From contig JBFJCP010000004.1 of the NCBI GenBank assembly GCA_041615815.1, forward strand, positions 96,001-160,000: a DNA stretch of 64,000 nt, written 5' to 3'. The stretch is from Gemmatimonadales bacterium. GTDB lineage: Bacteria > Gemmatimonadota > Gemmatimonadetes > Gemmatimonadales > GWC2-71-9. The notes below the pieces were generated by a model. It did not search any database, was not told the origin of the DNA, and worked only from the letters and a program-made list of their open reading frames with translations. Every line of letters starts with the position of its first letter. Position 1 is the first letter of the stretch. A program made the translations under genes and the position numbers. This document shows positions 18,316 to 28,063 of the stretch, piece after piece.

Positions 18316-19877
18316 CCCTCTGGACTCCGGCGTGCCGGCCGACAGGGAATCCACTGCCGCGGCTCCCCCGTTCGCGGGTCTGTGGGGAGGACGGAGCGGT
18401 CGCGCGGCACTCGTTCGGGATCTTCCGACGCCAGGTATGCCAGCATCGCCGCCAACGTCGCGTTGTTCTTGAGATCGTCGAAGATGATCTTGTCGTACGT
18501 ATCGCGGTTGGTGTGCCAGGTGTATTGCCGGTAGTCGGGATAATGAGACTGAAGGCGAAATCCCGGAGCCCCGTGACAGAGGAAGGACACGTGATCGCTG
18601 CCGCCGAACTCCTGAGGTCCGGGGAAGTCCAGTTCGATGTGCCCGCTGATCTCCGGTGGAATCTGCGCGATCCATCGGGCCACGTTGCCCGCGGCTTTTC
18701 CCAATCCCTGCGTTTGGAGGTACTCGATCCGCCACGTGCCATTGTCCTGGTTGAAGAGCACCTGGAGGTTTTGCACGATTTCCGGATGATCCTCCGTGAA
18801 TGCCCGGGATCCGATGAGGCCCAGCTCTTCACCACCCCAATGACCCACGAGGATGGTGCGCCGGGGGCGGGGGTAGGCGGTCCCGAGGAGGCGCATCGCC
18901 TCGAGCATCGTAATGGTACCGGTGCCGTTGTCCGTGGCCCCGGTGGCACCGTGCCAGGAGTCGAGATGCGCGGACAGCATGACGTACTCATTGGGAAGCT
19001 CGGTTCCGCGGAGCTCAGCAAGCACGTTGAACATTGGCACGGTACCCAGCAACTCGCTATCGGCGTGGATCCGAACGCGCGGCCCTTGATTGTTGCTGGT
19101 TAACCGGTAGAGCAGCCCGTAGTCTTCGCAGCTCAGATCGATCGATACCGCCTCTCTCGTATCGGCATCGAAAATCTTGTTGACACCCCAACCGGCGGAC
19201 CATCGTGACGTGAGGATCCCCTGGGCGCCGGCGTCCTCCATCCGCCGATGGGCCTGCTGGGTACCTCCCAGCATATTGATTCGCGATCGCCAGGTCTCGC
19301 GTAGGCTGTCTCGAGTTTCGTCGAGTCGAGCCACGGTTTCAGCCGTCGCGAGCCGCTCGACGGCCTGTGGTTCGCGGCAGCTTGGCTGCGGTGCCGAGGC
19401 GAGCACGAACTTCCCGCGGACGCTGGCGAGCCAGGTGTCCGCCTCCTGGCGGGATCCGAGTGGCGGGATGACCGCGAGGTCCGCTTCGATAGGGCCGTCC
19501 GTTCCCGGGCTCCACGCGAGAAGCTCGGCTTCGAGTGTCTGGACGCGCGGCGCGACGAGGTCGACGTGCAGAATCCCTTGCCGCCAGCCCCGCCACGTGC
19601 CGTATTGCTCCTTACGAACTTGGATCCCCCAGCCGGAGTAGGTCCTGACCAGCCAATCGGTGGCTGCCTGGAAATTGGCGGTTCCGGAGAGGCGCGGCCC
19701 GATCGAGTCCATGAGGACCTGGGCGAGTTGCTCCGTCTGGGAGCGTTCCATCCCCTCGAGCCAGAGCTGCCGGATGACGGGGTCCTCGGTGCGGAACGTC
19801 TGCGCGCTGGTCGTGGCGGGCCACGAGACGACCGCGGCGATAACGATGGCCAGTGCCCCACGGAAAAGGCTTGGCAT
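18312..19877 (-). CDS. M28 family peptidase (carboxypeptidase Q-like), secreted
   Basis: Signal peptide; IGPRLSG, SAHLDSWH, GATDNGTG, WGGEE, GSDHVSF and WHTNRDT motifs. Confidence 0.9.
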   Translation of the reverse strand: MPSLFRGALAIVIAAVVSWPATTSAQTFRTEDPVIRQLWLEGMERSQTEQLAQVLMDSIGPRLSGTANFQAATDWLVRTYSGWGIQVRKEQYGTWRGWRQGILHVDLVAPRVQTLEAELLAWSPGTDGPIEADLAVIPPLGSRQEADTWLASVRGKFVLASAPQPSCREPQAVERLATAETVARLDETRDSLRETWRSRINMLGGTQQAHRRMEDAGAQGILTSRWSAGWGVNKIFDADTREAVSIDLSCEDYGLLYRLTSNNQGPRVRIHADSELLGTVPMFNVLAELRGTELPNEYVMLSAHLDSWHGATGATDNGTGTITMLEAMRLLGTAYPRPRRTILVGHWGGEELGLIGSRAFTEDHPEIVQNLQVLFNQDNGTWRIEYLQTQGLGKAAGNVARWIAQIPPEISGHIELDFPGPQEFGGSDHVSFLCHGAPGFRLQSHYPDYRQYTWHTNRDTYDKIIFDDLKNNATLAAMLAYLASEDPERVPRDRSVLPTDPRTGEPRQWIPCRPARRSPEG

Positions 19878-19972
19878 GCGACTATCCTCCCTGCTCGGTG
19901 GGTTCGTGAGTGGTGCAAAGCTACCAAGCGGAGGGGGCGGGGGGTACGCGTGACGGGAGGACCCCGGGGGGG

Positions 19973-20001
19973 TTGCCACAATAGATGTATATACATATAC
20001 T
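19973..20001 (+). promoter_or_regulatory. sigma70 promoter of the MarR gene with a palindromic operator in the spacer
   Basis: TTGCCA-N17-TATACT ending 6 nt before the ATG; ATGTATATACAT palindrome at 19985-19996. Confidence 0.7.
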
Positions 20002-20007
20002 AACCCC

Positions 20008-20457
20008 ATGGTGCCTTCGCGATCTACCTCATCGCTCCCAACCCTCCCGTGCGCGTGTGCGAGCCTCCGACGTGCGACGCGGGCTGTCACCCAGCTCTAC
20101 GATGCGAGACTCCGCGAGGTGGGTCTCCGCGCCACGCAGTTCACGTTGCTCCAGACCCTGCAGCGGGCCAAACGACTCACCCAGGGCGAATTGGGTACGC
20201 TCTTGGCGTTGGACTCCACGACGCTGTCACGCACGCTGGCACCGTTGGAGTCCAGGGGATGGATTCGGGCTCACGTTGGGGAGGATCGGCGTGAGCGCCA
20301 CTGGACGCTCACGGCGCGGGGTCGGCAGGTGTACCAGGAGGGGCTTGCGGCGTGGGAGGGGGCGCAGAAGCGGTTGCGTGCGATCCTCGGGCCCAGGCGG
20401 TGGGAGCAACTGTTGACGCTGTCGACGGACGCGACGCTGGCCGCTCACCACGCGTAG
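20008..20457 (+). CDS. MarR family transcriptional regulator
   Basis: CACASLRRATRAVTQLYD, TQFTLL, DSTTLSR and DRR...LT..G wHTH motifs. Confidence 0.92.
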   Translation: MVPSRSTSSLPTLPCACASLRRATRAVTQLYDARLREVGLRATQFTLLQTLQRAKRLTQGELGTLLALDSTTLSRTLAPLESRGWIRAHVGEDRRERHWTLTARGRQVYQEGLAAWEGAQKRLRAILGPRRWEQLLTLSTDATLAAHHA

Positions 20458-20479
20458 CGGCTTCTTTGCCGGTGGAAAC

Positions 20480-20491
20480 ATGTATATACAT
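20480..20491. promoter_or_regulatory. second copy of the putative MarR operator
   Basis: Identical ATGTATATACAT palindrome 15 nt upstream of the next start codon. Confidence 0.7.
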
Positions 20492-20506
20492 CCAATCGGA
20501 GGCCCG

Positions 20507-21034
20507 ATGCAGCTCGATGTGAAGCTCCCCATTTCGATCGCCATGAGCATGGTGTCGTTTGGACTGATCGCGCGATGGTATCTGTGGCCCTGGTTGCGCC
20601 GCGTGCCCCCGGCGGACGCGCTCACCCCCATTCTCTTGTTTCACTCCTTCCGCCACATCGGGCTCGCGTTTCTGGTGCCGGGGGTGACGGCGGTGACGTT
20701 GGATCCACGATTCGCTGGGCCCGCGGCCTATGGCGACCTCCTCGCCGCCGTCCTGGCTCTTGGCGCGGCGGTGATGCTTCGGGCAGGTTGGCCGGGTGCG
20801 CTCGGGCTCGTTTGGGTATTCAACCTGGAAGGCACCGTGGATTTGCTGCACGCGGTCTATCAAGGGTTCCGCCTCACGCCGGACGGTCATCTGGGAGCGA
20901 CGTACTTCATCCCGGCGGTGGTGGTTCCCGCGCTGCTGGTCACGCACGCGGTCGTCTTCGTGCTCCTCGTTCGGTATGCCCGCGCGCGCGCGCGTCAGGC
21001 GCTCGATGCGCCGTCGGCTCAACCGGTGGCGTGA
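20507..21034 (+). CDS. integral membrane protein, putative MarR target
   Basis: GGAGG RBS; about five hydrophobic helices; HSFRHIGLAFL, AYGDL and FNLEGTVDL motifs. Confidence 0.75.
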   Translation: MQLDVKLPISIAMSMVSFGLIARWYLWPWLRRVPPADALTPILLFHSFRHIGLAFLVPGVTAVTLDPRFAGPAAYGDLLAAVLALGAAVMLRAGWPGALGLVWVFNLEGTVDLLHAVYQGFRLTPDGHLGATYFIPAVVVPALLVTHAVVFVLLVRYARARARQALDAPSAQPVA

Positions 21035-21053
21035 GCGGCCAGACGACAGCCCC

Positions 21054-21869
21054 TCACGGGGCAGCGCAGCGGAACCCGATCAAGATGTGGCGTGACGCGG
21101 GTGGGCGGCCGTGGCGAAACGCGCAGCGACAGGTTCCGGGCGCGTCGTCCCACGAGCAGCCTTTGAGCGTGGCGCGCCCGCCGCCGAAGTCGGAGCTCGT
21201 CCACTCGAACACGTTGCCGGCGAGATCGCGAACGCCGCGCGGCGTGGCGCCCGCGGGGTGCGCCGTCACCGGAGCGGTGAAGGTCGTGTCCACATGGGCA
21301 GCATCCGGCCGCCAGGCGTCGCCCCAGGGGAACCGCCGGCCCTCGGGCCCTCGGCACGTTGCTTCCCACTCCTCCTCCGTGGGGAGGCGTTTCCCCCGCC
21401 ACGCGCAGTAGGCGCGCGCATCCTCATGAGTAACGAGCACCACCGGGTGCTCCAGCAGCGCCGAATCCGGACCGCCAGCGCGCCACAGGAACGGGGCAAC
21501 CTCGGTGTACGGGTGCACCAGAAACCCCTGCGCCCGGTACTCGGTCTCGGAGATGAACGGGGGAGGACGCCGCGTGGCACGCACGAAGGCCGAGTAGGCG
21601 CGTTGGGTCACGGGGGTCCGGTCGATGCCGAACGCCGCGAGACGAACCGTGTAGGGCGTTCGTTCCCAGGCGTCGTACCAGCGCGCCTGTCCCACGTCCG
21701 GCGGCGACAGCTCGTAACCCGCCGCCCGCTCGGCCGCGTCGCTGCCCAGCCGATAGCTGCCCGCTGGGATCGGAACGGAGTCGGGTCCCACGGGCGCCGC
21801 CTCGCGCCCGCAGGCCGTGGCCGCCAAGCCGAGGAAGAATCCCAGCTGTACACGAGCCTTTCGCATCAT
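21054..21869 (-). CDS. FGE-sulfatase/SUMF1-fold lipoprotein
   Basis: Lipobox LAATAC; HPVV, AYCAW.GKRLPTEEEWE, DLAGNVFEWT and IGFRC motifs. Confidence 0.88.
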   Translation of the reverse strand: MMRKARVQLGFFLGLAATACGREAAPVGPDSVPIPAGSYRLGSDAAERAAGYELSPPDVGQARWYDAWERTPYTVRLAAFGIDRTPVTQRAYSAFVRATRRPPPFISETEYRAQGFLVHPYTEVAPFLWRAGGPDSALLEHPVVLVTHEDARAYCAWRGKRLPTEEEWEATCRGPEGRRFPWGDAWRPDAAHVDTTFTAPVTAHPAGATPRGVRDLAGNVFEWTSSDFGGGRATLKGCSWDDAPGTCRCAFRHGRPPASRHILIGFRCAAP

Positions 21870-21992
21870 GCCCCCTGATGCACGCCGGACCGTCCCGCCA
21901 CTCACGGGAGCGCCGTGGCGAACGGCGTAATCGGTAGATAAGATTGGGAGCACAATTTGCGTTTTCCCCGTGAATCCTCTGGAGGAGGTCCT

Positions 21993-22787
21993 ATGTCCAA
22001 GCGCGTACTGGCTGTCGCCCCTTTGGCGCTGGCACTTGCCCTGCCGCCGTCCACGGTGGCGCAGGAGGCTCAAGCGCCAACGATGTTCTACATCGTCCAA
22101 GATCAAGTGAAACCCCCGATGATCGCGGAGTACGAGACCGCGTCGAAGGCCTTCATCAAAGACCTCGCCGCCACCGCGGGGATCGAAGGCATCCAGTGGA
22201 CGGCCGTGAGCGGGATGGAAGTGGGCTACATCTATGTGGTGCCGGTCAAGGATTTCGCCGACCTTGGGAAAGCATTCCAAAAGTGGGAAGGCGCCGGTGA
22301 GAAGATGGGTATGGCCAAGTGGCAAGAGCACATGGCCCGGAGCCAGGCGATGGTCGATCACACGGCCACCTCGATCCTGGCGCTGCGCAACGATCTGTCC
22401 TATATGCCAGAGACTGCCGCCTTCACCACGGAACGGCCCTATCGCCACTATGCCTGGTGGTACGTGATCCCGGGCAAGGAGCAGGCGATCGAGGCGGTGG
22501 CCAAGGAATTCGTCGATCTCTACAAGACCCGTAACATCCAGACGGGATGGCGCATCTACCAGCATGTGGTGGGTCCCGATCTTCCGATGTACCTCGTGGT
22601 GGAAACAGCCGAGAACGCGGCTGCGTTCGAGGCGCGTACTGCGAAGATCCGCGAGACGCTCGGCGAGGCCGGCATGCGTCTCGAACAGAAGGCCATGAAG
22701 TTAGCGCGCCGCGTCGAGATCAACGATGCGTGGATACGGCCGGATCTCTCGTTCCCACAGGAAACGCAGTACGGGCAGCGCCCATAA
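21993..22787 (+). CDS. secreted hypothetical protein (two alpha-beta barrel/NIPSNAP-like halves)
   Basis: Strong RBS GGAGGAGG; signal peptide ending TVA-QE; internal duplication (VKP...DLSY and VIP...DLSF). Confidence 0.75.
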   Translation: MSKRVLAVAPLALALALPPSTVAQEAQAPTMFYIVQDQVKPPMIAEYETASKAFIKDLAATAGIEGIQWTAVSGMEVGYIYVVPVKDFADLGKAFQKWEGAGEKMGMAKWQEHMARSQAMVDHTATSILALRNDLSYMPETAAFTTERPYRHYAWWYVIPGKEQAIEAVAKEFVDLYKTRNIQTGWRIYQHVVGPDLPMYLVVETAENAAAFEARTAKIRETLGEAGMRLEQKAMKLARRVEINDAWIRPDLSFPQETQYGQRP

Positions 22788-22820
22788 CCGCTACCCGTCG
22801 ACAAAACATTGCCGGCAAAT

Positions 22821-22850
22821 AGGGCAGCCCCTTTGGGGCTGCCCTTCTTT
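22821..22850 (+). terminator. intrinsic terminator
   Basis: AGGGCAGCCCC-TTT-GGGGCTGCCCT followed by TCTTT, between convergent genes. Confidence 0.75.
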
Positions 22851-22903
22851 GTCGTTCCGGTCGGTCCGTCGCTGCAGCCTTTCCCTCCGTCTATCCCGCT
22901 GTC

Positions 22904-25150
22904 TCACCAAATGAACGTGTGAGTGTACTTGATCAGAAGCACGCGCTGCTGTGAGGCGGGAAGCCGTGGACCGACCACGACGCTCCGCTCGGTGTTGAGC
23001 GTCTCGGTATAGACGATCCAAAGGTCTTGGCCTTCTCGGAAGTTGTAGCGCAGACGTGCATTGAGGTTGACGTCATCGTCAGCACTGTTGTACTGCAGAA
23101 ACGTGGCGAGCGATAGATGAATGTCGAGCGCGGTCTGCACGCGGAGCCGGCCGAGGTGAACATCGAGTGCTTCGTCCCGATCGGGGAAGCGGATGGCATC
23201 GAATTGGTACTCCAGCCCAAGTTCGAGATGGCGAGAGGGATTCCAGGCTGGATTGAATCCCAGCGAGACTCGGCTGCCGTCGTAGAAGCTCCCGGCACTC
23301 ACGGTGAAGCTGGGCCGGAGCCGGGCGGCGCGAGAGGCTTGGACCCGCAGCTCGCCTTCATGGAACCAATAGTTGCCGGGAAGGACGGGCGCACCGTCCG
23401 CCACATCGAACGTCTCCAGCACACTCTCGTAGCTGTTCTTGGCCGTCACCGTGATCTCCGCGCCGTTCTTGAGTTCCGTTTCAAGAGCAGGCTCGATGGA
23501 TGCCGACTCCACGGTGCGGTCTGGGTTGCGGATGACGGTGTGGCCACGGTTCGCGATGCCCATGGTCCGAAACGGCGAGCGCGGCCCGGGGAACCACTGG
23601 TACTGCAGCCGATTCTGCAGTGACGTAAAGTCAGACCGCGTCTGGAAGCCCACGCCAGGGTCGTAGGATTCGCCTGAGCGGATGAATTCGGCGGAGTAGC
23701 TGAACCCGTTCTGGTCCCGCCGCTCCCACCGCGCGAGATAGAGGGCGGCGCTCGGGTCGCCGAACGTCGGGCCGGCCGACGCGGCGGTCTGCGCCCACTT
23801 GAGGATCAGGTACTCGTCTCCCACCACTCGGACACTGGCGTCCACGCCGGTGGCAACGTTGTAATCCCCGTCCTGCGTCACGCGGGTGGTGACCATGCCC
23901 CCGATGGTTGAAAAAGAATTGAACACCTGCCGTCGGAGACGCAGGACGCCGAAGTTCTCCGATGGGAGCCCCTGCGCGGACGCCGTCTGCATCGTGAGGA
24001 ATCCGAGGTCGGTGTTGCCGGCGCGCCCCACGAGGCGAACGCCCCCCAAGAGGCGAATGGGCTCTTCGTCCACCAAGCCGATCCGCCGGCTGTGGAACAG
24101 CCGATCCCTTCCACCGGTGTTGAACTCGAAAATTGCCGAGCGCTCCTGGAAGAACTGGCGTTTCTCTGGGAAGAAGAGCGAAAACCGTGTCAGATTGACC
24201 TGCTGGTCGTCCACCTCGACCTGGGCGAAGTCCGTATTTACCGTGACGTCGAGGGCGAGGTTGTTGGTCGGGCTGTACCGCACGTCCAGCCCAATCTCTC
24301 GCGTCATGTCACGCTCGAACTCGTACTGGCTGGCCCCATCCTCGAGCTGGGCTACCCGATCCACCCCGCCCAACGCGTACGGGGTGACGTAGAGCGGCCG
24401 GTGGCCGTAGACCCCCTCGAGCACGATCCGTTGCGCCTGGGATGGCTTGGCAAAGGCCATGGCCCAGTTGGGGGGGATCGCGGGGAACAGTTGTCGCTCG
24501 TTCTTTCGCGCGATGAAGCGATAGAGAATCATTCCCATTTCCACCCGACCGTTCGAGTCCTGGAATCCCAGGCTCGAGAACGGAATCCGCATCTCCGCAA
24601 ACCATCCATCGTCGTTGTGCGTGGTGGCGGCGTCCCAGAACGTGTTCCAGTCTGCGTTCATGGGCATCCCTCCTCGGAACTCAGCGTCGTTGGAGAGCGA
24701 ACGGTCCGTGCGGGTACCGCCGGGGTTCACCACGAACCAGGATGCGGTCTCATAGTCATTGTACGTGTCCAAGACGATGGCGAGGAGGTCGTCGCCACTG
24801 TACTGATCGCGGTACAGCGTATTGGTGCGGATTCCCCGCGGATTCGAGTCGTAGAGCCGGCCGGACACGTAAAGATGGCTGTCGTTGTGCGCCACCCGGA
24901 TCTCGCTTCGCTCGGTCACGTCGGCACCGAAGGTGGGCGTGAACATCGTCATGGGGAGGGGATCGATGCGGTCCCACGCCGCCTCGTCTGGCATCCCATC
25001 CAGCGTGATGGGATCGGACAGGCGAGGAATGACCATGGGTGCGGACTGCGCCGACCCATAGGACGGCGTCACGAGCATGAGCGCCACCGGCAAGCCGATG
25101 ACCTGCCACCAGTGGCGCGATCGGGAGGGGAGAGGACGACCGATGGGCAC
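22904..25150 (-). CDS. CBM9-like + DUF5916 outer-membrane protein
   Basis: ITLDG.PDEAAW, GWFAEMRIPFSSL, NTDFAQVEVDDQQVNLTRFSLFFPEKRQFF and C-terminal KYTHTF. Start codon approximate. Confidence 0.85.
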   Translation of the reverse strand: MPIGRPLPSRSRHWWQVIGLPVALMLVTPSYGSAQSAPMVIPRLSDPITLDGMPDEAAWDRIDPLPMTMFTPTFGADVTERSEIRVAHNDSHLYVSGRLYDSNPRGIRTNTLYRDQYSGDDLLAIVLDTYNDYETASWFVVNPGGTRTDRSLSNDAEFRGGMPMNADWNTFWDAATTHNDDGWFAEMRIPFSSLGFQDSNGRVEMGMILYRFIARKNERQLFPAIPPNWAMAFAKPSQAQRIVLEGVYGHRPLYVTPYALGGVDRVAQLEDGASQYEFERDMTREIGLDVRYSPTNNLALDVTVNTDFAQVEVDDQQVNLTRFSLFFPEKRQFFQERSAIFEFNTGGRDRLFHSRRIGLVDEEPIRLLGGVRLVGRAGNTDLGFLTMQTASAQGLPSENFGVLRLRRQVFNSFSTIGGMVTTRVTQDGDYNVATGVDASVRVVGDEYLILKWAQTAASAGPTFGDPSAALYLARWERRDQNGFSYSAEFIRSGESYDPGVGFQTRSDFTSLQNRLQYQWFPGPRSPFRTMGIANRGHTVIRNPDRTVESASIEPALETELKNGAEITVTAKNSYESVLETFDVADGAPVLPGNYWFHEGELRVQASRAARLRPSFTVSAGSFYDGSRVSLGFNPAWNPSRHLELGLEYQFDAIRFPDRDEALDVHLGRLRVQTALDIHLSLATFLQYNSADDDVNLNARLRYNFREGQDLWIVYTETLNTERSVVVGPRLPASQQRVLLIKYTHTFIW

Positions 25151-25309
25151 GAGCGAATTATCACCCCTTCGCGAGGGAGGCGCTACGGGGACCTCGGTGA
25201 ACCGGGGTTGACAGTGCCGATGTGGTAGTGTCACTTGAGCTTCCTTACACCATTTACCGGATCCGCGAGGTGCTCGGGACCGAGGCCCTCCGGAAGGGAC
25301 CCGTCGCTC

Positions 25310-27181
25310 ATGCGCCTGCTGCTCATCAACCCGCGGTTCCCCGAAAGCTTTTGGAGCTTCAAGTGGGCGATGGATCGGGTCCTGCCTGGACGCAAGACCG
25401 TGAATCCTCCGCTCGGACTCGCCACGCTGGCCGCGCTCTGTCCCCCCCATTGGGAAGTGAGCATCGTCGACGAGAACGTCGAGCCTATTCCGCTGAAGCC
25501 CGAGGTGGACATCGTGGGGATCTGCGGCATGGGCGTGCAGTTTCCTCGACAGAAAGAGCTCCTCGCCTACTACAAGCAACAAGGGTACTACGTCGTCGCG
25601 GGAGGCAGCTACGCGTCGCTCCTGCCCGAAGAGTACGAGTCTCAGGCGAACACCGTGGTGTCGGGAGAGGCCGAGCACATTTGGCCGCAGTTTTGCGTGG
25701 ACTACGAGGCGGGACAGGCCCAACCGCTGTACCACGAAAAGGGTGAAGTGGATCTGGCCGATTCACCAGTCCCGCGGTTCGATCTCCTCCAGCTGGATCG
25801 CTATCAAGCGGTGAGTCTGCAATTTTCCCGCGGCTGCCCTTTCCGGTGCGAATTCTGCGACATCATCGTGATGTTCGGCCGCAAGCCGAGGACCAAGCCC
25901 TTCGAGCAGGTGGGGAAAGAGCTGGATACGCTCCGCGGTCTCGGAGTGCGGAAAGTCTTTTTCGTGGACGACAATCTCATTGGCAACAAACCGGTGGCCA
26001 AGCAACTCCTTCGGTACTTGGCGGAGTATCAACGGGAGCACCGCTACCGGTTCGAGTTCGGGACCGAGGCTTCGCTCAATCTCGCGCAGGATGCAGAGCT
26101 GCTCGACCTTTTCCGAAAGGCCAACTTCGGATGGGTGTTCATTGGCATCGAATCGCCGGACGAGGAGAGTCTCAAGGAGACGCTGAAGTTCCAGAATACC
26201 CGGCAGGACATCCTTACGTCGGTCCGGACCGTCTACCGACACGGGATCGACATCCTCGCCGGCTTCATCATCGGGTTCGATCACGACACGGTCGACACGT
26301 TCGAACGCCAGTACCAGTTCATCACGCAGTCGGGGATCCAAGCGTCGATGATCGGCCTGCTCCAAGCCACGCCCCGGACCCCACTGTACGACCGGCTCGC
26401 CAAAGACGGACGGCTCATCCCGCACGCCACGCATACGGATAATTCAAGGCTCGGCACCAACGTGATCCCCAAGGGCATGGCGTACGACGAGATGGTTGAA
26501 GGATACCGGACACTCCACTATCGACTCTTCTCGGATGCTGGGATCGCTGCCCGGATTCGGAACAAGCTGAAGTATCTTACGAACAAGGTGGCCGGCAACA
26601 GCTTTTCGGTGGCAGTGACGCTCGGCATCCTCTACCGCTTCATCGTCCGCGGGCTCCTCCCCGGAGGGCCCCGACGGCTCTACCACTTCCTGCGCTCGCT
26701 CCGGTGGACTCGGCCCAGCCTGCTGATCCAGGTGATTGACGATTGGGTGCTGGGCCTGGCGATGCGTGATTACATCGACCGGCACTTCCGGGGCGTCGAG
26801 GACTCAGCCTGGCAGCTGTTACGACAGCGAGTCCGAGCTATGGAGAAGGCGCTCAGACGCTACCGCGAGGCGGGGGCCCTGGAAGTCTCCCTGAGCGAGG
26901 TGCGAAGTGCGGCGACGGTGCTGTCGCTGCGAATGCGGGGTTGGCTCGATCGGCGTTTCTTTGCGCGGGCCGCCCGGCATCTCGAACAAGTGCTCCAAGA
27001 CACGCGGTCGTCCGTCACGTTGCACATCGACCAGATTCACGTGGCGCAGGTCCACCACCTGCAACGGCTCTTGCGACGGCTTTCGCGCTATGGGGATCGG
27101 ATCCGGATCACCGTGCACGAGACAGTTCGCGAGGTCGTCGAGGTCGACTCGTCGGTGTTCAACCTCTCGTTCGAGGCCTAG
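25310..27181 (+). CDS. cobalamin-dependent radical SAM enzyme (B12-binding + rSAM + DUF4070) with a C-terminal extension
   Basis: NP.FPESFWSF and PPLGLATLAAL N-terminal motifs; RGCPFRCEFCD; FVDDN; GIES; GFIIGFD. Confidence 0.92.
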   Translation: MRLLLINPRFPESFWSFKWAMDRVLPGRKTVNPPLGLATLAALCPPHWEVSIVDENVEPIPLKPEVDIVGICGMGVQFPRQKELLAYYKQQGYYVVAGGSYASLLPEEYESQANTVVSGEAEHIWPQFCVDYEAGQAQPLYHEKGEVDLADSPVPRFDLLQLDRYQAVSLQFSRGCPFRCEFCDIIVMFGRKPRTKPFEQVGKELDTLRGLGVRKVFFVDDNLIGNKPVAKQLLRYLAEYQREHRYRFEFGTEASLNLAQDAELLDLFRKANFGWVFIGIESPDEESLKETLKFQNTRQDILTSVRTVYRHGIDILAGFIIGFDHDTVDTFERQYQFITQSGIQASMIGLLQATPRTPLYDRLAKDGRLIPHATHTDNSRLGTNVIPKGMAYDEMVEGYRTLHYRLFSDAGIAARIRNKLKYLTNKVAGNSFSVAVTLGILYRFIVRGLLPGGPRRLYHFLRSLRWTRPSLLIQVIDDWVLGLAMRDYIDRHFRGVEDSAWQLLRQRVRAMEKALRRYREAGALEVSLSEVRSAATVLSLRMRGWLDRRFFARAARHLEQVLQDTRSSVTLHIDQIHVAQVHHLQRLLRRLSRYGDRIRITVHETVREVVEVDSSVFNLSFEA

Positions 27182-27319
27182 CGCTCGGCGCCCGGTACCT
27201 GCCCCCGGGCCAGATCGCGTATACCTCCATCATCAAGGTAGAGACGGTAGCGGGGTCACCCACTCGCCGGACCGATCGCGAACTCGTACATTGGGGCATC
27301 ACTCACGCGGAGATACGGA

Positions 27320-27535
27320 ATGGCCGTGACTCAGAAAACGAGCGTGCTGGCAGTTGCTGGCTCTTATTGGATCGGCGTGGTCCTCGTAGTGCTGATCGTG
27401 AGCGGCACCGCCTTTCCAGCGTTTCGCGATTTCGTGGCGTCGCTCAATCTGTTCAGCTATCTCGGTCTGTGGGTGTTGGCGTTGCTACCGGGCCTCATCA
27501 TGATCGCCGTGTCCGGAGAGCTGACCAAAGCCTAG
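27320..27535 (+). CDS. small two-helix membrane protein
   Basis: GGAG RBS; two hydrophobic segments in 71 aa. Confidence 0.55.
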   Translation: MAVTQKTSVLAVAGSYWIGVVLVVLIVSGTAFPAFRDFVASLNLFSYLGLWVLALLPGLIMIAVSGELTKA

Positions 27536-27792
27536 GGCTGGCGCCGAGATCACGCCCCCTTTAGGTTTCAGGCAGCGGGAAACCGGCTGCGAGACAGCGG
27601 TTCCCATTCCAGCGAACGTGACGGGGGCCTGGATTCAGCCAGGCCCTTTGTACATTGGAAACGCCACGCCGCCGGCGAGGAAGGCGGCAACCCAACGCGG
27701 GGGTCAGGATACCGCGGAGAACGCAGATGAGTCGGTTAGGACGGTACATGCCGGACTCCGATCCCATCGGCACAACACAAGGAGTTCGGTAC

Positions 27793-28002
27793 ATGCGTAC
27801 CAAAGGAACCGTGAAGTGGTTCAACGACAGCAAGGGATTCGGCTTCATCACGCCGGCAGACGGCCAGGCCGATTGCTTCGTCCATCACAGTGCTATCTCT
27901 GGCGAAGGCTTCAAGTCGCTCCGAGAGGGTGAGCAGGTGGAGTTCGACGTCGTGGCGGGCAAGAAGGGCCCGGCGGCGGAGCATGTCGTTGTAGTCCAGT
28001 AA
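27793..28002 (+). CDS. cold-shock protein (CspA family)
   Basis: [15 protein letters not shown] and CFVHHSAI (RNP1/RNP2); AAGGAG RBS. Confidence 0.96.
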   Translation: MRTKGTVKWFNDSKGFGFITPADGQADCFVHHSAISGEGFKSLREGEQVEFDVVAGKKGPAAEHVVVVQ

Positions 28003-28027
28003 CGGACGGCCGCCCTATCGGCGGTTC

Positions 28028-28063
28028 AAGGCGGTCGGGGTCACCCGGCCGCCTTCGTTTTTT
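28028..28063 (+). terminator. intrinsic terminator after the csp gene
   Basis: AAGGCGGTCGGG-GTCA-CCCGGCCGCCTT followed by a T-tract. Confidence 0.8.
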
